Virus record (IMG/VR): IMGVR_UViG_3300028585_000019
Coordinates: 26,975-90,974 of that record
Strand: one strand, 5' to 3'
DNA from: a virus
Length of the DNA stretch: 64,000 bases
The notes under the pieces were generated by a model. That model did no database searches. It was not told where the DNA came from and saw only the letters and a program-made list of their open reading frames with translations. Shown here one piece after another: positions 60,662 through 64,000 of this stretch (within the stretch, counting starts at the first letter, position 1; every line of letters starts with the position of its first letter). The position numbers were made by a program, and so were the translations under genes.

Positions 60662-60845
60662 CTCAACATTTGAAAAAGAATATTCTGAATATACAGACAC
60701 ACCTTTGCAAACTGTGATAGAATCACGCCTAGGGAATAACAGTTACGCTATTCCTAAGATTTCTAATGCTTGGGTGTTCTATCAGAATGGCTATAGTCAC
60801 GGTGTAGATGACGAGCTTGAACGTCAATTTTGTGGAGAGAAATAA
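60654..60845 (+). CDS. hypothetical protein
   Basis: AAGGA RBS; overlaps both neighbours. Confidence 0.55.
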   Translation: MFNSTFEKEYSEYTDTPLQTVIESRLGNNSYAIPKISNAWVFYQNGYSHGVDDELERQFCGEK

Positions 60846-61264
60846 TGCACAACAAAGAATTGGCTGATAAGCGTAATATCAGCAAAGAAAATCGTGATGC
60901 TATTGATAAGCTTCATCTTATGCTTGAAGAGCTGATTAGCACATACACGCTTGATATTGATTATCAGAAAGCTTCTGAGCTTTGTCATGATATCGAATTC
61001 ACTACCCAACAAGCCTGGGGCTTTTCTAAGGATAAACGCTATCATACATGGATCAACAAGCTTGAACAAAAGTGGTTTGACCTCACTTGGTCAGGTCGTA
61101 CATTCAAGTGTCTTGATAGTGGAGTACAACGAACAATCGAAAATGGGGATGCTCAGACCTGTTGGTGTGTCAAGGTGGGAAATGGCTTCCTAGATTTTGG
61201 GAGAGCTAATGCCTATCACCGAATTGTTGGAAATATTGTAGAAATTACAGAAAAAGATGCTTGA
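60845..61264 (+). CDS. hypothetical protein
   Basis: IEF..Q.AWGF..D.RYHTW conserved phage motif. Confidence 0.7.
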   Translation: MHNKELADKRNISKENRDAIDKLHLMLEELISTYTLDIDYQKASELCHDIEFTTQQAWGFSKDKRYHTWINKLEQKWFDLTWSGRTFKCLDSGVQRTIENGDAQTCWCVKVGNGFLDFGRANAYHRIVGNIVEITEKDA

Positions 61265-61289
61265 CAGCGTAGTAAGCGGTGTTTAGAAT
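61261..61289 (+). promoter_or_regulatory. sigma70 promoter
   Basis: TTGACA-17-TAGAAT. Confidence 0.7.
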
Positions 61290-61322
61290 AGGCACATACA
61301 AACCAAACATAGGAGAAACAAA

Positions 61323-61559
61323 ATGAAATTTTATCATAAATTTAAAATCAGGGTTGTTTATAAATCTGGTTACCAGCATGATTTCTGGGTGTGGCGAATC
61401 TCTGTGAAAACAGATGGTTCTATCGAGTGGACATGTGCTGATCCTGTTAACAACCGGCCAATGGTTTTTGCAAAAAGTTTGGATGACATTGAGGCAGTTT
61501 GGAAAGTCGGACATAAGGCTGTATTCCGGTTTAAAAACCCTGATTTGGAAACCAATTAA
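61323..61559 (+). CDS. hypothetical protein
   Basis: 78 aa, AGGAG RBS. Confidence 0.7.
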   Translation: MKFYHKFKIRVVYKSGYQHDFWVWRISVKTDGSIEWTCADPVNNRPMVFAKSLDDIEAVWKVGHKAVFRFKNPDLETN

Positions 61560-61560
61560 A

Positions 61561-61833
61561 ATGAAAACTCTAGAACAACGTATCATCTCATCCCTACGCC
61601 CATCTTTCCGAGAGAGTGTATCTATTCGATCTGCTCACTGGGCTTTGTATGATCATGCTTTGGATGATGTAGAAGCAATCTGCTTGCATGAGACAAAAGA
61701 AGATGTTATAAAGATTCTTAATAAATTGATGGCATCATACCCATCTAGCTCTTCAAATCATCAAGCTTATGTAGATTGTGCTAGCTGTTTTGAAGAAAAT
61801 GATATAGAATATAATGGTAAGTTTAAATACTAG
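61561..61833 (+). CDS. hypothetical protein
   Basis: ATG immediately after the upstream stop. Confidence 0.55.
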   Translation: MKTLEQRIISSLRPSFRESVSIRSAHWALYDHALDDVEAICLHETKEDVIKILNKLMASYPSSSSNHQAYVDCASCFEENDIEYNGKFKY

Positions 61834-61843
61834 GAGATGTAAA

Positions 61844-62074
61844 ATGAGCTACACACTTGAGAAAGTAATGCGTGTTTATGATGACAGCGAGGGTGTTTAC
61901 CTTGAAATTCGTCAGAATCCAGACTTCCCAGATTCTGGTCTTGAAATTCATACGAACGAAGACTCTGATAATGAACGTTGGTTTGGTAAAATTAGTCTAC
62001 CCCTGAACTCCAAAGAACAGGTCTTGAAGCTTGCTCAAGCATTGACCGAAATGGCAGAACAGCTTAATAAATAA
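61844..62074 (+). CDS. hypothetical protein
   Basis: AGGAG RBS, 76 aa. Confidence 0.65.
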   Translation: MSYTLEKVMRVYDDSEGVYLEIRQNPDFPDSGLEIHTNEDSDNERWFGKISLPLNSKEQVLKLAQALTEMAEQLNK

Positions 62075-62252
62075 TCTAAGGAAATAAAACAGTGACAAAT
62101 GCAATGTATGTAGAAAAGATTGCCAGTAAAAAGAAAGATTTTGAATATGAAGATGAACGTCGTAAATCAAAGAAGAATGATAAGCGCTTTCGAGATATGA
62201 GGAAAGAGAAAAGGAATAGCAAACGATGTAATGATAGTGATGATTAAAACTT

Positions 62253-62274
62253 AGCCCCTTAATTGGGGCTTTTT
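62253..62274 (+). terminator. rho-independent terminator
   Basis: AGCCCC-TTAATT-GGGGCT-TTTT. Confidence 0.8.
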
Positions 62275-62298
62275 GTATTTATTTGAAAAGGTAATAGT

Positions 62299-63330
62299 AT
62301 GGACTTAAAAGAAATCACAGATTTATATGGAGAGCTTCAGCAGGATAGTTGGTCAGTCAACCGACCACATTTTGGGGAGAATAATCACCTAACGGTTATA
62401 GGCTGGGCGGGTTTGTATAGGAAACAAGACAGACGATTTGTTGTGCATTGTTCTATTTGTGCAAAAGACTCTGAGCTTAATGGGGAAGGTTATTTTATAA
62501 GCTATAAGTTCTCCTTAACAGCTAAAATAGGTATGCAACTGCCTTGTGCCTGTGCAGTAAACACCAATTGGACGGAACACCAATACACTGTACTTTGTAA
62601 AAGAAAATTGACAAAACTCGGTCTTGAATTCTTAGGCTGGTCAGGTAGTGAGTTTGTGGGAGGCTCTACTAAGGTGAGAATTTTATGTCCTTCTCACGGG
62701 GAGTTTTGTACTACGACAGTTAAGGCGTTTGTAAACCAGAACAACACTAAAGGAAATTGCCGTAAATGCGGAGATATTAGTAAATCAATAGTCTCAAAGA
62801 AACCCATAAGTTTCTTCCTTAATAGATTTTACAGTCAAGGTAAGTTCCCTGCGACTACTGAGTTCAGTTGGATTGATAATAATGGCAGCGTAAGAGTTTG
62901 GTCTGTGCGTTGTGGTGATTGTGGGGGAGTTTTTCAAAGCTTGACTTATAGTCTTGTATTGGGAGGTAGGGGTTGTGGGTGCTCTTACGAGAATCAAAAA
63001 GAAGCGTATATTCTGGAGATTTTGAACAATGATGGCGCTGCGGTTGGTATAAAATTTGGTGTTTCTGGTAATGCGAGAAAAAGAAGTGTTAGTATAAACA
63101 GGCTTTGTGTATTCAACGTACGTCTATCTAGAATTTATAGGTTTGGAAATTCAAGCCTTTGCCGGTCTGCTGAAAACTCGTGTAAAAATATACTAGAATG
63201 TGCTGTTATTTCTAAAGAGAATATGCTAGACGGGTGGTCAGAGACAACACACCTAGAAAATTTTGAAAAAGTTGAGGAAATTTATAGACAGCATGGAGGA
63301 AACCTCGTATACTCCAACACAACAGAATAG
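62299..63330 (+). CDS. putative homing endonuclease (Zn-ribbons plus GIY-YIG-like C-terminus)
   Basis: CSIC..D.EL, PCAC, CPSHG, CRKC, GCGC; AYIL...KFGVS...R...AE...DGWSET; C-terminus resembles that of 4052-5452. Confidence 0.72.
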   Translation: MDLKEITDLYGELQQDSWSVNRPHFGENNHLTVIGWAGLYRKQDRRFVVHCSICAKDSELNGEGYFISYKFSLTAKIGMQLPCACAVNTNWTEHQYTVLCKRKLTKLGLEFLGWSGSEFVGGSTKVRILCPSHGEFCTTTVKAFVNQNNTKGNCRKCGDISKSIVSKKPISFFLNRFYSQGKFPATTEFSWIDNNGSVRVWSVRCGDCGGVFQSLTYSLVLGGRGCGCSYENQKEAYILEILNNDGAAVGIKFGVSGNARKRSVSINRLCVFNVRLSRIYRFGNSSLCRSAENSCKNILECAVISKENMLDGWSETTHLENFEKVEEIYRQHGGNLVYSNTTE

Positions 63331-63342
63331 GAGTGACATGAA

Positions 63343-63696
63343 ATGCCTAGAGTGTATATTGTTCAAAGTTGGGTCGGAGCTTGTGACTATTCCGGCGAGC
63401 AGGTGGGTAACCGGAACGGTTTTAGTGTTGAAGGGCGTATAGAAGAAAGGGGCTTTACTCAGGACATTCGCTGGGACAGCTATAAATGTCCACAATACTA
63501 CCATCAGCCACGTAAACCAAAGCCTCAAGCTACTGAAGAACAACAAGAAACTATTTCTCAAGAAACACTTGACACAGACCAACCTATCGCTCACAATACA
63601 CAACAAGAAGAGAAAGAAAGCATCTTCTTGACATTGAAAGATGGGAATATTTTTAAACAGATTTACATTAAATACATAAAACGTAAGGAGAAATGA
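63343..63696 (+). CDS. hypothetical protein
   Basis: AGGAG RBS, 117 aa. Confidence 0.55.
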   Translation: MPRVYIVQSWVGACDYSGEQVGNRNGFSVEGRIEERGFTQDIRWDSYKCPQYYHQPRKPKPQATEEQQETISQETLDTDQPIAHNTQQEEKESIFLTLKDGNIFKQIYIKYIKRKEK

Positions 63697-63697
63697 G

Positions 63698-64000
63698 ATG
63701 ATTAAAGATTATATCAGTCCTAAAGGTGAGAAAGCTTTGATTCAAGTAGCTGAATGGCTTGAAGCTGGAGCACCACACGTTGATATCAACGGACGTAAGA
63801 TTGATCAATTTGATATGGAATCTATCGTAGATCAAAACAACTCATGCGGGACTAGTTGCTGTATCGCAGGCGCTGTTATGCAATTTAATCGATTGAGTCT
63901 TAAAGGTTCTGAAGAAGACGATTGGTGGTTCGATAAAGGGCGTGATAAAGTCGCAAAATATGTGGGTATTTCGCGCCATGATGCAGATGAATTGTTATCC
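63698..64000 (+). CDS. hypothetical protein with a CGTSCCIAG motif, 5' part
   Basis: AAGGAG RBS; MIKDYISPKGEK...FDM...CGTSCCIAGA; runs off the window end. Confidence 0.65.
   Translation, partial: MIKDYISPKGEKALIQVAEWLEAGAPHVDINGRKIDQFDMESIVDQNNSCGTSCCIAGAVMQFNRLSLKGSEEDDWWFDKGRDKVAKYVGISRHDADELLS

Noticed and set aside
1-64000. CRISPR array, integrase/att site, IS element, retron or DGR reverse transcriptase
   Set aside because: No regularly spaced repeats and no recombinase, transposase or RT motifs were recognised in the ORF track or by eye.

Overview
The window is 64 kb of an AT-rich, apparently lytic tailed dsDNA phage with a lambda-like siphovirus tail. The host is probably a Pseudomonas or related gammaproteobacterium (inferred from the Acb2 homologue, GH19 endolysin, spanins and GC-rich prophage-like patches). 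Layout: (1) 1-3.9 kb: the end of an adenine methylase, small ORFs, two ORF-free structured RNA candidates, a GIY-YIG/T5orf172-type protein, tRNA-Arg, terminase small subunit and Acb2. (2) 4-31.2 kb (+): morphogenesis and lysis genes (terL, portal, S49 protease, decoration, capsid, neck, tail tube, frameshifted chaperones, TMP, M, an inserted fibre and SGNH esterase, L, K, I, J, tip accessories, endolysin, holin, two spanin pairs). (3) 31.2-56.8 kb (-): an orphan fibre gene, nrdAB, glutaredoxin, thyX, MazG-like, phosphoesterase, nucleases, SSB-like protein, intein-containing family A DNA polymerase, primase-helicase and many small ORFs. (4) 56.9-64 kb (+): a candidate origin/regulatory leader, a wHTH protein and small early ORFs. 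No integrase, repressor or CRISPR array was seen. Most notable observations: a free-standing mimic of the tape-measure C-terminus near acb2, two structured ncRNA candidates flanking a nuclease and tRNA, a kissing-loop leader that hides the RBS of a homing endonuclease, duplicated spanins, RsmA/CsrA-type hairpins, and promoters whose -10 box is flanked by inverted repeats. All family assignments come from motif recognition by eye; no database search or folding program was run.
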